A program made the position numbers and the translations under genes. Of a stretch of 64,000 nucleotides of DNA, positions 1 through 13,900 are shown one piece after another. The DNA lies in the NCBI GenBank assembly GCA_012295275.1, contig CM022674.1, forward strand, positions 9,734,001 to 9,798,000, in the 5' to 3' direction. How positions within the stretch are numbered: position 1 is the first letter of the stretch; every line of letters starts with the position of its first letter. The notes beneath the pieces were generated by a model. That model did no database searches. It saw only the letters and a program-made list of their open reading frames with translations, and had not been told where the DNA came from. This stretch comes from Chrysomallon squamiferum. Its lineage: Eukaryota > Animalia > Mollusca.

Positions 1-1248
1 TTTTTTTTGCCTCTCTCGTTTAGAAATCAATGCCACTTAGTTAATACCATTCATCACTCGAGTCAACCTATCGTTCACTAATGCTGGGCTTTGATTTCCC
101 GCCATGTTAAAACTAGCATGTCACTTTTGTCTTCGGCTGCGGTATGTTATCATGTGGGTTTTTGAGTTTCATTATTTTTACGTTGCCAGCCCACTCCATG
201 TCTTGCAGGTCTTTAACACCTGTTATTTAGCATCTTGTGTGCACACATTTATATTTTTAACGTGAATCTAAGCAAAAGTATATTAAATTAGTTTTATTTT
301 AAAAAATAAGAATGAAAAAAGAAATAAATAAAATTCTCTCTTTTTTTTCTACATGACATGAAAATAACGGCAGGAAGTTTTATAAAAATATAAAATAAAA
401 TGTTATGAAAATAAAAACACGAAAAAAGAAAAAAGAAAACAGAAAATGTATTGAAAATAATTAAGATAAGAACAAACCAGCTTTAGTCCATGAAGTTTCG
501 ACAAAATATGAAATATAATTCTATCGGTACAACTATTATTCTACTGCTGCTGTTGCTACTATTACTACTACTACTATAGTTACTACTGCTGCTATAGCTA
601 TTGCAACTACTGCTGTAGGTACTATTCTGTTGTTTACATTACAGTAAACGGTTCTCAGTCCCGGTGGCAGGACTTAGGGGCTGGTTTTAAACAGCGATTT
701 GTTCTTAATGTACGTCGTCATGGCTACAACAACAGAAAAAAGGAAAGAAACGAAAGAAAAAATACATTGTTTTCAAGTACTGTTTCAATTATAATCAGCT
801 TTTTTACTTTTATTCTGGTATCAAAATTTTAATGACATTTGCAATTAAAACATAGATACTCTTTTGAAATAAGAAGCTCTTAATAATATATCTCATCTGT
901 CAGATATTGTTTACATTTTTTATTTCTTTTCTACTTTGTCATTTTACTTTTCTTTGAAGTTCCTGTTCAACTGAAACATTTTACTGCATTTCTCTAATAT
1001 ATATATATATATATTGGTTAACATGAAATAAAGAAAACACTGTGAAGGAAACCTGATATTTATCTGTGATCTCTTTGTTCAGTCAGAACTGAAACGACGT
1101 AAATATTTAATGGATTTTCCTAGATATGACGAAAACAAAAAAATCATTATTTTATTTTTGGTTTTCTTTGAATAAAAGAAGAAAAAGAAAAAACTGCTCT
1201 GCATTTTATTTATTTATTTATTTCTTCTTTTTTTTTCTTCTTCTTCTT

Positions 1249-1308
<60 letters not shown>

Positions 1309-1918
1309 TGGTTATCCTGTCATGTTCGAGCTCATACTGTGAATGTTTGTGCATCTGTGTTTTAATTGTGAATCCATTTGTATCGCGAATATCATACGAA
1401 AATACATTTTGTTTCCCCTGGATAAAAATAAATGAAAAATAAATATAGATGTGGTAGAAAACATTGACATATAACTGTGCATACACGTATATACAAATTA
1501 AAACACATAAACATGGGTACAAATACAAATACAGAAACACAGGAAAATATAAGAAACATGGACACACAAACACGAATAAACATAGTTAAAAACGAGAATC
1601 TGAACAAATGAGAGTATGAAAGTATGAACAAGTATATATACATAAATCATATAAATATATGATTCATATGAACTCAAAATATAAATATAGAAAGTACACA
1701 CTATCACATAAATATAAATATTTATTTACAAGGACAAATATAGAGACACAAATACAAACATATTTATACAACTGTGAACATATGGGTACACGATATAAAC
1801 AATGAAGCACATAGATACAAAATATAAATATAGATACATTCACATGTTTGTATGGATAGACAAAATAAACACCAGGTAAGTGTGGACGTTTAATCACGGA
1901 AACATCTGGACAAACCGT

Positions 1919-2290
1919 TATAAACAGATATACATGGACACACAAATATAAACACAGATATACATGGACACACAAATATAAACACAGATATACATGGACA
2001 CACAAATATAAACACAGATATACATGGACACACAAATATAAACACAGATATACATGGACACACAAATATAAACACAGATATACATGGACACACAAATATA
2101 AACACAGAAATACATGGACACACAAATATAAACACAGATATACATGGACACACAAATATAAACACATATACATGGACACACAAATATAAACACAGATATA
2201 CATGGACACACAAATATAAACACAGATATACATGGACATAGAAGTATAAACACAGAAATACGTGGAAGCAAAAGATAAACACAGATACAC
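1919..2290. repeat. 30-bp minisatellite (AACACAGATATACATGGACACACAAATATA), about 12 copies, with degenerate copies at ~1430-1900 and ~4150-4225
   Basis: Near-identical 30-nt units are visible line by line from 1921 to 2280. They account for the repetitive ORFs 1664..2338, 1890..2282 and 1918..2325. Confidence 0.95.
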
Positions 2291-2293
2291 ATA

Positions 2294-3186
2294 CAGTATA
2301 CCCTCACCTGTTCGCGGTTCGCCATTCGCGCCCCGCATATTCGCGGGTTAGGCTCTTAACCCTATCGCATCGTATGCTGGTATACCAGGCTAGCGTCATA
2401 ACGTCATGAAAACAAATGCTCGGTAAACCGGGTTTTTGTAGGTCATAGAGACTTAAGTGCCTGAAGAGTTAGAATAATTACCTAAAGTGCTGTAAAGCAG
2501 CAGCTAAGCTGTGCCATACTGTACATTAGTGTTATCATCATCATCGTATGGCACTGCAAATTTCATCATCATTTTATTATCATTCATTATTGGTGACAGC
2601 ACAAACAATATCAAATTTTTTCAATTATTATTGCAATACAGTACGTATTTTTTTATAAATGCATACACTGTATGTACAGTGCATATTTTTTGTGACCGTG
2701 TATTAATAATGTTTTTAATTGCATATTATTACTGAATTGTATTATTATTACCTGAACTGTGCGTACTGTATTTATCTGTCTGTTTGCCTTTAAATTTGTT
2801 CCACTTTCTGTCAATTTTAATACATATGTTGTACGCATAGAAAATGGCTTTACGGTACAGTAATACAGTATGGGTAACTATGCTATGCGGTGTTACTGTT
2901 CTCCTGTACTTACGTTTCTTTCTGATTAAAATATTGTTTCAGTACAAAATTAAAATGTGTTTACATTATCATTACTACATTAGTGAAATACATAACTGCA
3001 TGCAATATTACTACATTATTACTGTATTAATGAGTAAGTGTGTCTTTAGAAAGTGTCTGGGAAGCATTTTGTACCGTATATAATCTCATAATAGACGTTT
3101 TAAAACTGCATCCAATATTCGCGATTTTTTGCTATTCGCGGGGGGGGGTAAAGAACGTAACCCCCGCGAATAGCGAGGGAATACTG
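2294..3186. mobile_element. Non-autonomous Tc1/mariner (pogo/Tigger-like) DNA transposon / MITE
   Basis: Left end TA|CAGTATACCCTCACCTGTTCGCGG and right end (reverse complement) TA|CAGTATTCCCTCGCTATTCGCGG form imperfect TIRs starting CAGT. TA target-site duplications lie at 2292-2293 and 3187-3188. There are subterminal TTCGCG repeats and no transposase ORF. Confidence 0.85.
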
Positions 3187-3221
3187 TATACACATAGAGA
3201 TACAATACAAATAGAGATACT

Positions 3222-4147
3222 AGGTACTCAAAAGCGCCCTCGATTTTTGGACTGCCACACATTTCGACCTATTTTTACTGACTTTTGAATGCTTGATTTG
3301 AGGTATAATCTGAATAAAAATTGTATTAAAGTAAAATTTTAAGTCTTACTTTCGTTTTGTTTCACGAATGTTACCTTGTAATGTGAAAAGAGGTTTAAAT
3401 TTCAATCGGAAGTACTTCGGGTTAGTGGCCAAATATTTCCGAACATGTTTTGCAAACATCTTTTTACGGCCAGGCGCTAGACCTGCTTTATATAAGCCGC
3501 TTCAACCTAACAAAAGCTCAAAATCTTAGATTCGTTTATGTGGTCTATATATCAGTAGTTTTGTCTTCTGAAAGTGGTAGAAAACCTTGATGAAAAAATT
3601 GGGTATCTCTCGATTATCTTTATATCACAGACCCCTTTCAAAAAGCTTGCATGACCGGAAAGAGAAATATTTCTTCTTTTAACAAATAATAGAATTCAAG
3701 CAACTACACAGTCACGTGCTATAGACGTCACGAGTTTTCTGCTGAACGACGCATTCATTCATGGCCGGTTCACTCCCGAGTCAGATGCGATTGTTGAAGC
3801 CGGTTAAGTTAGAACATCTGAATTCTCTTTCGCTCCTATTAGTTTGGTATAAAAACTATGGGTACAAGTAGAAGTGAAGTTATGAATTATCCAAAGGTTT
3901 CTTTATCCTTTTTTTTCCTCCCTCTTTTATATTATTTTATTTTATATTTATTTAATGCAAATGAATGATTTTACAAATTTAGGCTCAATTATTAATGTAA
4001 ATATACTTTGAAGTTATGAAAAGAAAATTTAGACTGAATAATTCGAGCACATAGTATGATATGTTATGAAATAATCTTTGTCAAAGACAATATCGCTTCA
4101 TAAAAATCGGGATTTCTTCAAAATGACAACTATGCGCAAACGGACCT
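3222..4147. mobile_element. Candidate non-autonomous DNA-transposon insertion with AGG...CCT ends and a 6-bp TSD (GATACT)
   Basis: GATACT occurs at 3216-3221 and again at 4148-4153. The ends are AGGTAC... and ...GGACCT. Removing the insert restores a degenerate minisatellite unit (gagatact-cttggacacacatataaatacag). Confidence 0.55.
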
Positions 4148-4606
4148 GATACTCTTGGACACACATATAAATACAGATACAAATCGACATAGATATAAAG
4201 AGATACTCAAGGACACAAATTTAAACCAAAAAAAAAAAAAAAAAAAAAATTGTGTAACTTGCCTAACTATAATCTTTAACTGATTATGATAGTTATATTT
4301 TATAGTTTTACTGTTTTCTGCTTGATGAGTACCCTTTCCTCCTGAGAGCATGGCTCAAAGCACGTTACAGTGAGAGTATATTAAGAACACTGACTGTAGT
4401 AGTAGAATCTATGAAGCAAATGTCAAACCAAAGAGGAAACTGAATAAGGAGATTTGTACTGAGTTAATTATTTTTTTAATGTGTCTGCTACAGAATAAAC
4501 ATATTTAAAACAAAAAAATCTGTTTCTTGTAAGCAGTGAAGAGACTTTAATGAAGTGGGGCTACCTCAAGAAACTTTTTATTGAGATTAAATGTATTTTA
4601 CATTTT

Positions 4607-4707
<101 letters not shown>

Positions 4708-5255
4708 TTTATTTTTATTTTTATTAGTAGTAGTAGAAGTAATTTTTAATATTTTCAAATCAGAGTCGATTTAATTTTTTATTTATTATTTTTTATTTTT
4801 TTTTAAGGTTAAATTTGAATTCTCTAGTCATACGTGGAGGAAGAAATTACACTATCTTAGTAATCTATACGTAATTACCTTTCACGTGTGTTCTTCGATA
4901 AATCTATAAACAACATTATTTCATAATTTCTGTGGTTTATATGTTGCAAAAAGTGGCATACTGGGGTAATTTTTACAGCTTTATTTATTTATTTATTATT
5001 AAGATAATAAATAATTATTGAGGTTTTTTGTTGGTGGTGAGGTTCTTCTTCTTTTTCTCTTTCTTTCTTTATTTCCTTCTTTCTTTCTTTCCTTCACCTT
5101 GTAAATCAGTGTTCGCAAATAATATAAAAAACAAACAGAATAAATAAATTATTAAAACCCTAAATTGTAAAGATTTGTTCATATATCCAGTTGTTGTTCT
5201 TGTTGTCGTCATTGTCGTCGTCGTTGTTATTATTAGTAGTAGTAGTACTAGTAGC

Positions 5256-5316
<61 letters not shown>

Positions 5317-6030
5317 ATAGCAGTATTGTCTCCACATAGATATGCATTCTTTATTGGTGTCATTAATCATTAAAAGAAGTATAGTAATAATTATTGCATG
5401 GACTACGCGTCAGTGGACACAGTTTAGTTAATTAACAGTGTTAACAGTGAACATGTTCTGACGTACAAGTTGCTTTAGTGGGTTCAATGAAAGAAAATCA
5501 CCAAAGATCAATCTCTTCAACACGGATGTTTTTATCGTGAACTAAAAATTGTGTGTGATATAAAAGTGTTATGTACCGGTCTAGTTCCTGCCAGTCTCCA
5601 TGTCCCGGAAAGCTTTAAGCACAATAATCAATGGCGTTCGATTACCTGATCGGTTAAAGCTATAATGTACTGTAATTACGCCAATGCTTCCACACTTATT
5701 AAGCTTCCATACACGAGAAATCATTGATTATTTGTCATATGTATATGTGGCTAAATTGTTTCTTCCAACAGAAGTCATGATGGCCACTTTGAAGTATAGC
5801 TGAGATCAACTTATTTTTATGTGCAGATATAATAGACAATTTAACAGAAGTAAGTAAGTATATTTTGACTACTTTAATATAAGAATGTACAGTTTTTTGA
5901 TGTCGATAATGTTGACAGATTATTTTTGTCTATTTTCGGAATTTCAATATTTGCTTTGTTTGCTATGTGTCGGTTCACTTGGAGCTTTCCGCTCCTTTCC
6001 GAACAATAATACTTTACTGCCTTAGCTGTA

Positions 6031-6077
<47 letters not shown>

Positions 6078-7001
6078 GTGGTGGTAATGGTTGTAGTAGT
6101 AGTAGTAACAGTAGAAGTGGTAGTACACATTATTTTCTTTTGAGCGTAATTAAAATTTTATTACTGAATATTCACATTTCGTCTTATTTTATTTCGCTGT
6201 TGTTGATGTTGTTGTTGTTGTTTTTGTGGGAACTTTTTTGCATTATAACAAACAAGTCTTTAGAATCTCGCATAATACTTACCTGTTGAGGATGATTTTT
6301 TAATGGGGTGATTTGCTATACTTGAATAAAATGTGTATTCAGTAGAACAGAAAGAGTTGTTTTAGCTACAGTACCGTTATGATATCTCGATAAATCTCAC
6401 ATATTTAAGTGTTTGTATCTCTGTACGTTTATTTATTATGTTATAAAGAAGCTGATTTAAACAGCATTTTTTTCTCCGACAGACTGTGAGAATTTCTCAT
6501 TATAGCAGGTTTTTTTTCTAATGTAAAGTATTTAAACGAGATAAAAAAGAAAAACGAGACTAAAACATTTTAAGCTAAAAGCAATTTAATTGCAAAATAT
6601 GTACAATTAATCAATATACGATTTGTCTAATGTTTTTAAAGCAGGAAATATAGATGGTAAATTTTGACTCGAAAACGTAATGTGCTTGTATTTAATGTGC
6701 CTTCATTCAACATTTCTCTTCATTTCAGAATTTAAAAAAAGAAAAAAAGGAAGTAGTTAAAGTTTCATTTCACAAGGGATTAAAAAACCAGAACAATTTG
6801 CTTTAAATTTATTTACGTATATAAATAATGATTAATAGATAACATTTTATCAGGGGTTTTAACACATGAGTAAGAAAATATATCGTCAGAGGTTATCGGC
6901 TTATCAACAGGTGTACTATACGATTAAAACATAAATCAGTTATAACATCTGATAATGTGTAGGTTTCTTTTTTATACATATATATATATACACACATATA
7001 G

Positions 7002-7052
<51 letters not shown>

Positions 7053-8520
7053 TATGATTATTGAAAAACTTGAGATGAGATTACTAACTTTGTATTACTA
7101 ACACAGTATGTTGTGCAAAAAAACAAGAAAAAAACCTGTTCCAATAACATGTGAAAAAAGTAAATCGTTGAAAAAATTATTCAAATATTTGTTAATTACT
7201 GGAACTGTCTTCTTCTTGTATTAATAATTACTATGTTAAATTTCAAATATAACAGAAATAAGGAGGTAACTGCGTTTACTTAATATTACAAACATCTTCT
7301 AGATATGTAGATTTAGTGTCAAAGGGTTTAATTCAATATTTGCATGCTTATTAATTGATTTAGAAATGTTAACTGCTCAGGAGCAAATATAAAACTGGAA
7401 CTGTTGCCCTAATTAAATATATATATAAACAGAAAGACTAAATACTGATACATTTATGATCAGCTTTAGTAATAATAACAGCTAACTAGAAAATATTCAC
7501 ACTCCATGTGGAAGATTGTAAGTAAATAGATATATATAAAATTAAATACTAAAGGCAGCAAGTTACAGAAATTATCATTAAACTCGAGAAAAGAGTCCTG
7601 TATAGATTTTATTAAGTGTGTCGGGCGAAAAAGGAAATTAGATATCCGTGATTACTGATATGATCAATAGAAACGTTTCTTTCTGTCTGGTGTAAAAATA
7701 ATCTTTCTTTTTTTTTCCAAAATTTCAAAACGATTCATTATTAAATTTAATATTTAACACGGATGTATCTTTTTTTTTTCTAAGAAAAATATGTTTCTGC
7801 CATCAGCCGGCTTCTGTTATTCATTAAAAGCTAACAGTTTTTCATGGGTAATTCTAACAAACAGAAAACTGTTTGATTATACGGATCGCGGGATACAGCC
7901 AAAGAATCGCTGAGTACACTAAAGACCATTGATCAATTGACCAACCACTCGCAACTGAAGCATATATTCTTAGTTCACAGAGAGATGTTAAAAGTTTTAG
8001 TTCTCAGTATAGTTGCCGTTGCTGTATGAGAACATAAATGACTGATGACCATGGAGCTATGTAGAACAGACCACTACTTACTTGATTTTATTTCATACTA
8101 TTATATTATCTGTTACAGCTTACAACAGATAGTAACTAACATCTACAACTCCCTGACCTAATTCCGCACGTCATTAGTTAATATTTATTTATTTATTTGT
8201 TTGTTTGTTTGTTTGTTTATTCTAAAGTAACAGTCTGAAATCGTAATCAACAGTACATGGAGCTTAACATATAATCTAACCAACGCTTTTCAAATCATAA
8301 TGATTTACATAAATACAAAAGAAGAAATATTATCAGAGAATATGGAAGATTAACATGCTTAGAAAGATACATATTTTTTTATATGCATTTATAATCTTAT
8401 GATTAAATCGAATATGTCACGGTAATCCAGTCATGCGGATTATTTTATTTAACAATCTTTTATGTGTCTGTTTGATTATATGGATCGAGGAATACAATAA
8501 AGTACCAATAATCATGTGGA

Positions 8521-8567
<47 letters not shown>

Positions 8568-9087
8568 CAATTTAATTTTGAAAGCGATCAGAATTTAAGG
8601 GTAGACAGACAACGTATAATTAAACATTCAAAAACAAACTATTATTCAGACTTAATTGTTTATATGTATATAAGAACAAAAATGCTATAAAACAGATATA
8701 CGTTATCACTAATAAACAATCGGTATAGAAGAGATCTTTCTAATGATACCATTATTAATTTACAAATCGATCCAGGTTACAAAATAACTGCTACCCAATT
8801 GTTTAACGTCATTAGACAATACATCAGAGCATGCCATACGTTTCCAGGTCAGACTGAGAGGTAGAATAAAGTTGGATTATCTTCTCTTTAAAAAACAGTA
8901 TCAAAACACTTTGAAACAATATTTTTGTCGCACAGGTATATATATAAAATAAGATATGCTATTCCTAAGCAAAGGTGCAAATCTAAATAAAAACACATAT
9001 ACGAATTAAAGCAAAAGGGATCAAAATAATACGTGATCTGGATGATAATATATTAAAATAATTGTTATTTTTGTTTTATGTTTTTGT

Positions 9088-9119
<32 letters not shown>

Positions 9120-9144
9120 TTATTATTTTCAGAAACAACGGATC

Positions 9145-9279
9145 ATGTCTTACTTGTCATCTCCGTCACAAGACGCAGCAATGAGTGAAAGCAATGTTCA
9201 GCCTGTGTTTTCAGTTCAAACAGCTTTAAACACAGACTGAAAAATGATTCCCAAAGAACTGAACTTTGAAATTATATGA
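9145..9279 (+). promoter_or_regulatory. Two upstream ORFs in the GPCR leader (9145-9240, 31 aa; 9244-9279, 11 aa, whose stop overlaps the main ATG)
   Basis: Direct translation of the sequence between the acceptor ending at 9132 and the main ATG at 9276. The uORF2 TGA (9277-9279) overlaps the ATG (9276-9278) as ATGA. Confidence 0.5.
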
Positions 9280-9739
9280 AAATGAATCTAACTGAACGGA
9301 TTGTGGAAGGCACAATTCTTACTATTATCTGTCTTCTGGCGTTCTTCGGAAACGTGTCGCTATGGTTTGTGGTCATAAAAACGCCCAGTCTAAGAGAAAC
9401 CTCATACTACATGGTGTTACTCCTGTCTGTGGCTGATATAGCAGTGTCTGTTCTAAGCATGCCTGTTACAGTCTACACACTAATCCGGGGCGACTGGGCA
9501 TTTTCAGAAAACACATGCGTGGCATTTGGATTCATCAGCATGAGCACGTTCATCGCTAGCGTGATGTCTCTCTGTACGATATCTGTGAACCGATACGTGA
9601 AGGTCTGCCGTTCCACGCTGTACCACAGAATCTATTCTGTTCGTAATGTCGTATTTATGACAGCTGGTATGTTATTTAAATTTTATAATTTAAAAAAGAA
9701 TAATTATAAAACTTACACATATACACTGATTGATGAGAA

Positions 9740-9800
<61 letters not shown>

Positions 9801-10679
9801 TTGTTATTATTGATGTTATTACTATTATTATGTTATTTTACTATTTTTAAATTTTATTTTCCAGGGGTTTGGTGTTTTTCCTTCTTTCTTGCAATCCCGC
9901 CTCTAGTTGGATGGGGCAGATATACGTTCATAGCAAATCAGTCATTCTGTTTCTGTGAGTGGAAAATGTCTAAATCTTACGCCATCACGCAGATTGCCAT
10001 TTGCTTCTTAGGACCGTTCTCCGTGATGTCGTTTTCTTATTACAAAATACTTAAAACGTTTCGAAGCAGCAGCAATCGACTGTTTGGTGGTAACAGGCCG
10101 ATATTCACTAAACCGAAACTGTTCAGTAGAAAAATTAGTCCAAATTTATCTTCCCATAGTACTGAGTATGGAGAAACTTCACTGTCAAAAGTAACTGTAC
10201 ATGAATTGCCAAAACAAGCCCGTGATGTTGATCAGGGGAAAGAATCTGAAAAACAAGTTACAGTTGTGTCTCAGGCAGACGAATCCCTCCGCCACCCTGA
10301 AAAGCAGTTAAAATCCATCTCATCGAATAATAACATAAATGGACAGGTCGGCAGACAAGTCAGAAGACGTCGGGAAGAGTTCATGCTGTCTGCTGCTCTT
10401 CTTCTGGTTATTTTTGTTTTTGTAGTCTGTTGGTTTCCATTTTGTGTGGTTATGTGTATTACCATATTTTCTACAACTCAGATACCTAGAACGGCAGGCA
10501 TATTCGCTTTGATGCTCGGTTACATGAATAGTTGTTGCAACCCATTGATATATGGTTTTCTAAACAAAAAATTCAAAGAAGGTTACAGAGTATTTTTCAG
10601 AAGTATGTGCTCATGTCCTTGTAAAAAATCTAGAACTACTTTTGTAGAAGGAGGCGGTATTATTGCTTCTACAAATTGA
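9276..10679 (+). CDS. Class A (rhodopsin-family) GPCR, melatonin-receptor-like orphan; 2 coding exons 9276-9666 and 9865-10679, about 401 aa
   Basis: Seven hydrophobic segments with class A motifs: TM1 GN, TM2 LSVAD, TM3 VNRY, TM6 CWFP, TM7 NSCCNPLIY, and helix 8 NKKFKEG. The phase-1 intron 9667-9864 is GTATGT...TTTTCCAG. A probable 5'UTR acceptor (TTTTCAG) ends at 9132. Confidence 0.92.
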
Positions 10680-11664
10680 AACCAATGACATTACGTTCTC
10701 ACATGGACTGCCAGTCAACACCATTGTAATCTGCGTTATATCGTAGTGTACGTAATGCGATTCTACAATCATGTTTCAGTCTATTTACATATGTCCATTT
10801 GGTAAGTTCATTCATCCAGATAAACTATCAGTGGCTTGGACAAACTGAAACACGCACTAAAAATCCTTCAAAACAAATAACTGCAGTAATAATAATAATA
10901 ATTAATAATAAAAGTTTTAAAAACTAACTAAATAAATGTCACACTTAATACTGATGTCCAGTTTAAAAATAAAGTATATATCATCAAAAACAAATGTCCT
11001 GGGACCTCCGACTTCTGCTACTCGTTTCTTTGATGAGAGAAAAGAAGTGACACTAAAGAATTCGTGCAGGCCAGCTAATCTGAAAGCCATATAAATAAAT
11101 AAAGGAATAAATAAAGGAATAAATAAAGGAAAAGAACAACAGAAATAACGTGTTGTTATTGACGTTATCATCTTTTATTTATTTCGTTTTTTTGTTTGTT
11201 TTTCTTTCTAATTATTATGATGAATAGTGACTTTTTTTTTTTTTTTTTTTTTTACAAACCTGATTGTTTAGAATATTTTTATAAAGCAATAACAGCCATG
11301 GACATTATTTGGCGAGTACATGTCTACTCGATCTTTTGATATTCAATGTTCCCGGAATAGTTATATTCCTTTATTTGTTTTGTTTTATGTTTTTCATTTT
11401 TTTTCTTTCTTTCTTTTTTTTTTTTTTTTTCTTTTCTGGATTTTTTGCTTCTGGTTTTGTTTTGTCTGGGATACTTTTCTCTTTTTTTTTTTTGTTTATA
11501 ATTATTTCATGTGATGAATTTGTGAAGAATAAATAACATGAAAATAATGACTAAAAATGAGTAATAAACTCTAAACAAACTGATCAGTTCATAAGTTGTA
11601 ACAGAAAGCAGTGCTGAGATAATGCATATTTCCAATTTTAGAATAATATACATTATGGTATATA

Positions 11665-12143
11665 TTATGGGTTACGAAAGCCTCGAAGCACGAACAAATC
11701 GGAATACGAACCGTGATCTTGGGCAATTTTTTTGCTTCGGTTTACGAATAATGTCCCGAATTACGAACTACAGCGACGCGTCACGACAAGCTTTTTTTTT
11801 ACGTCGGTTTTGACGTCAACATCTAGTAAAGATAAGAATAGATGCTTACGCCAGAACCGAGGTCAAAGTAAGGGATTATAGGAATGCCCTATAGCAAACA
11901 CATACGATCAATTAGGGTCTTTAGTCTTCGATACACTGACACTGGCACTGACACTGTGCGCTCGCATTTTTCAAAGTGTTGATGTTTTTATGTGTATATA
12001 TTTTTTTATTATACCCTATCCAATATGATGCCGAAGAGAACAAAAAGTCAAAGCGATAATGCTGGTGGAAAGTATAAACGTATAGCTTCGGTTTGCGAAC
12101 CAAGTTCTGGAACGAATTAAGTTTTTAACCTGAGATTCCACTG
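11665..12143. mobile_element. Decayed Tigger/pogo-like MITE with an intact right TIR
   Basis: The right end ...AACCTGAGATTCCACTG|TA reads CAGTGGAATCTCAGGTT on the reverse strand. Clustered TACGAA/TTCG subterminal motifs occur at both ends. The left TIR is not recognisable, so the left boundary is approximate. Confidence 0.6.
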
Positions 12144-13562
12144 TAATGTAAATGAATAAACAAACAAGCGAATAAGTAAATACATTTACTGTTGTATGAT
12201 GTTGGTATGATATAATACATAACCATTTAAAGAAAAAGTATATTCAGTCATATATACCTATAATATATTTTCTTTAAAAAATAAAATTTAAAAATAAACT
12301 ATAATTAAAACTAAAATAAAAAGACGGAGGAAAGAATAAATACTATAGTCAGTATTCTTAACAATTATGCTGGAAAGACATGATTAAAGCCGCCTCCCCT
12401 AATGAAAAAAAAAAGAAAGAAAGCAAGAAAAGCATGTGGAACAAATATCTAAGCTTGGCTCCTTTTTTTTCTTTGTTCACGACAGAACATCCAAGTCACT
12501 GTGTGCTTTGGCTGGACGAGGATAGCAAAATCATCTATCTATATATGTGTTTGTTTTGTAATTTTTAATCGCAAACAAGTTCACTGTTTACATTAAAAGT
12601 TCATTTTATCTAAACAAAGACACTGTTTTTGCAAGAATGTGTTTATTGATTCAGCTGATATATTTAGTTTTTGAATCATTTACCAAATTAGTAGATGTTT
12701 ACTGATTAAATATTTTGAATATATGTCTCCTGATGATCTGAGTATCCTGACAATATTTTTTTATTTATTTATTTATTTATTTATATAAATGTATCGGAAG
12801 AAAAAACTCACGTGACCTCAATTTACTTCGAAGAAAAACGAAAGTTCCCAAATCAAAATTCTTTCTGAAGCATCGAACAGAACATGTAAAAAAAAAAAAA
12901 AAACGACACTCACACAAATCAAAATAATAAAGTAACATTAAAATGATAACGCTTTTAAGGTGGTAACTTGAAAAATAAATGAGTAATGGCAATTTTATTA
13001 TACGAACATTTCTTTATTGAAATAAATTCTGAGATAGAAGTTCAGTAAATATTCAGACCTTTTTTAACTGTATGAAATATTTAGAATATCAGGTTCATTG
13101 CAAACAATCATTATTCTACTTTAGCCAAACTTATAAGTAATTAATTATTATATAATTATAAGCATTATACAAGAAGTAGAAATATTTAATCATTCAATCA
13201 ACTGACAGTATTTGATCTCGTGATCCAATACGAGGCGATAACGGTCTGTTACAGCTGACATCAGATTTTTTAAAATTATTTTCCCCTGCAGTTAAGAAAA
13301 CTTTACAAAAATGTAATCATCAAGGAAATACAACACTAATCCTGGGCGTCGAGCACATCGGCTGGATACCACTTCTCAAGCCCATGCTTGCTTTACAGAC
13401 TAAGTATAAAGAACAAGTGTGTTGTCGCGGACAGATTTGGCCAATCTGAATCGTGCCAAAAGTTTTGCTTTAAATATTGCAATTTGAATCCTATTTCTTT
13501 TCATACAGTCAAATAAAAAAAAATTAAAAAAATAAAAATAAAAATCAATCAATCAATAAATT

Positions 13563-13599
<37 letters not shown>

Positions 13600-13900
13600 A
13601 CCTTAATTATGATTTGATTGTTCGGCTTTATTAAATTTTCGTTGCAGTTTCTTATCGTTGATGTGTCATTGTATCATTCTAAGTTTCTTTCCGCAATATT
13701 AAATCTTTTGAAATAATACATTAACTTTTTATTCACCAACTAAATTCTATTATTACTGGTTAATGTTTTATCAACCTGAGACCTATTTTCGTGACCTCTT
13801 TATCGTGATACTTCATAGACTGGTTCACCTTCGGAATACATTTGTTTCTGCACGGATTTGAATTAAAATTTAGTTCGGTCGTTTCTTTCCATTAACGAAA

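Noticed and set aside
1919-2290. CRISPR-like regular array (also 35362-37320 and 42848-43950)
   Set aside because: The units are contiguous with no unique spacers, there are no cas genes, and the context is eukaryotic intronic or intergenic DNA.
1664-2338. Cys/Tyr/Val-rich repetitive ORFs (224, 130 and 135 aa)
   Set aside because: They are translations of a 30-bp minisatellite in all three minus-strand frames, starting inside a MITE end.
9276-10679. GPCR as an opsin, or as a single-exon 467-aa protein with an eighth TM
   Set aside because: TM7 has Tyr (LGYMNSCCNP) where opsins carry the retinal-binding Lys. The poly-Ile segment is a canonical GT-AG intron.
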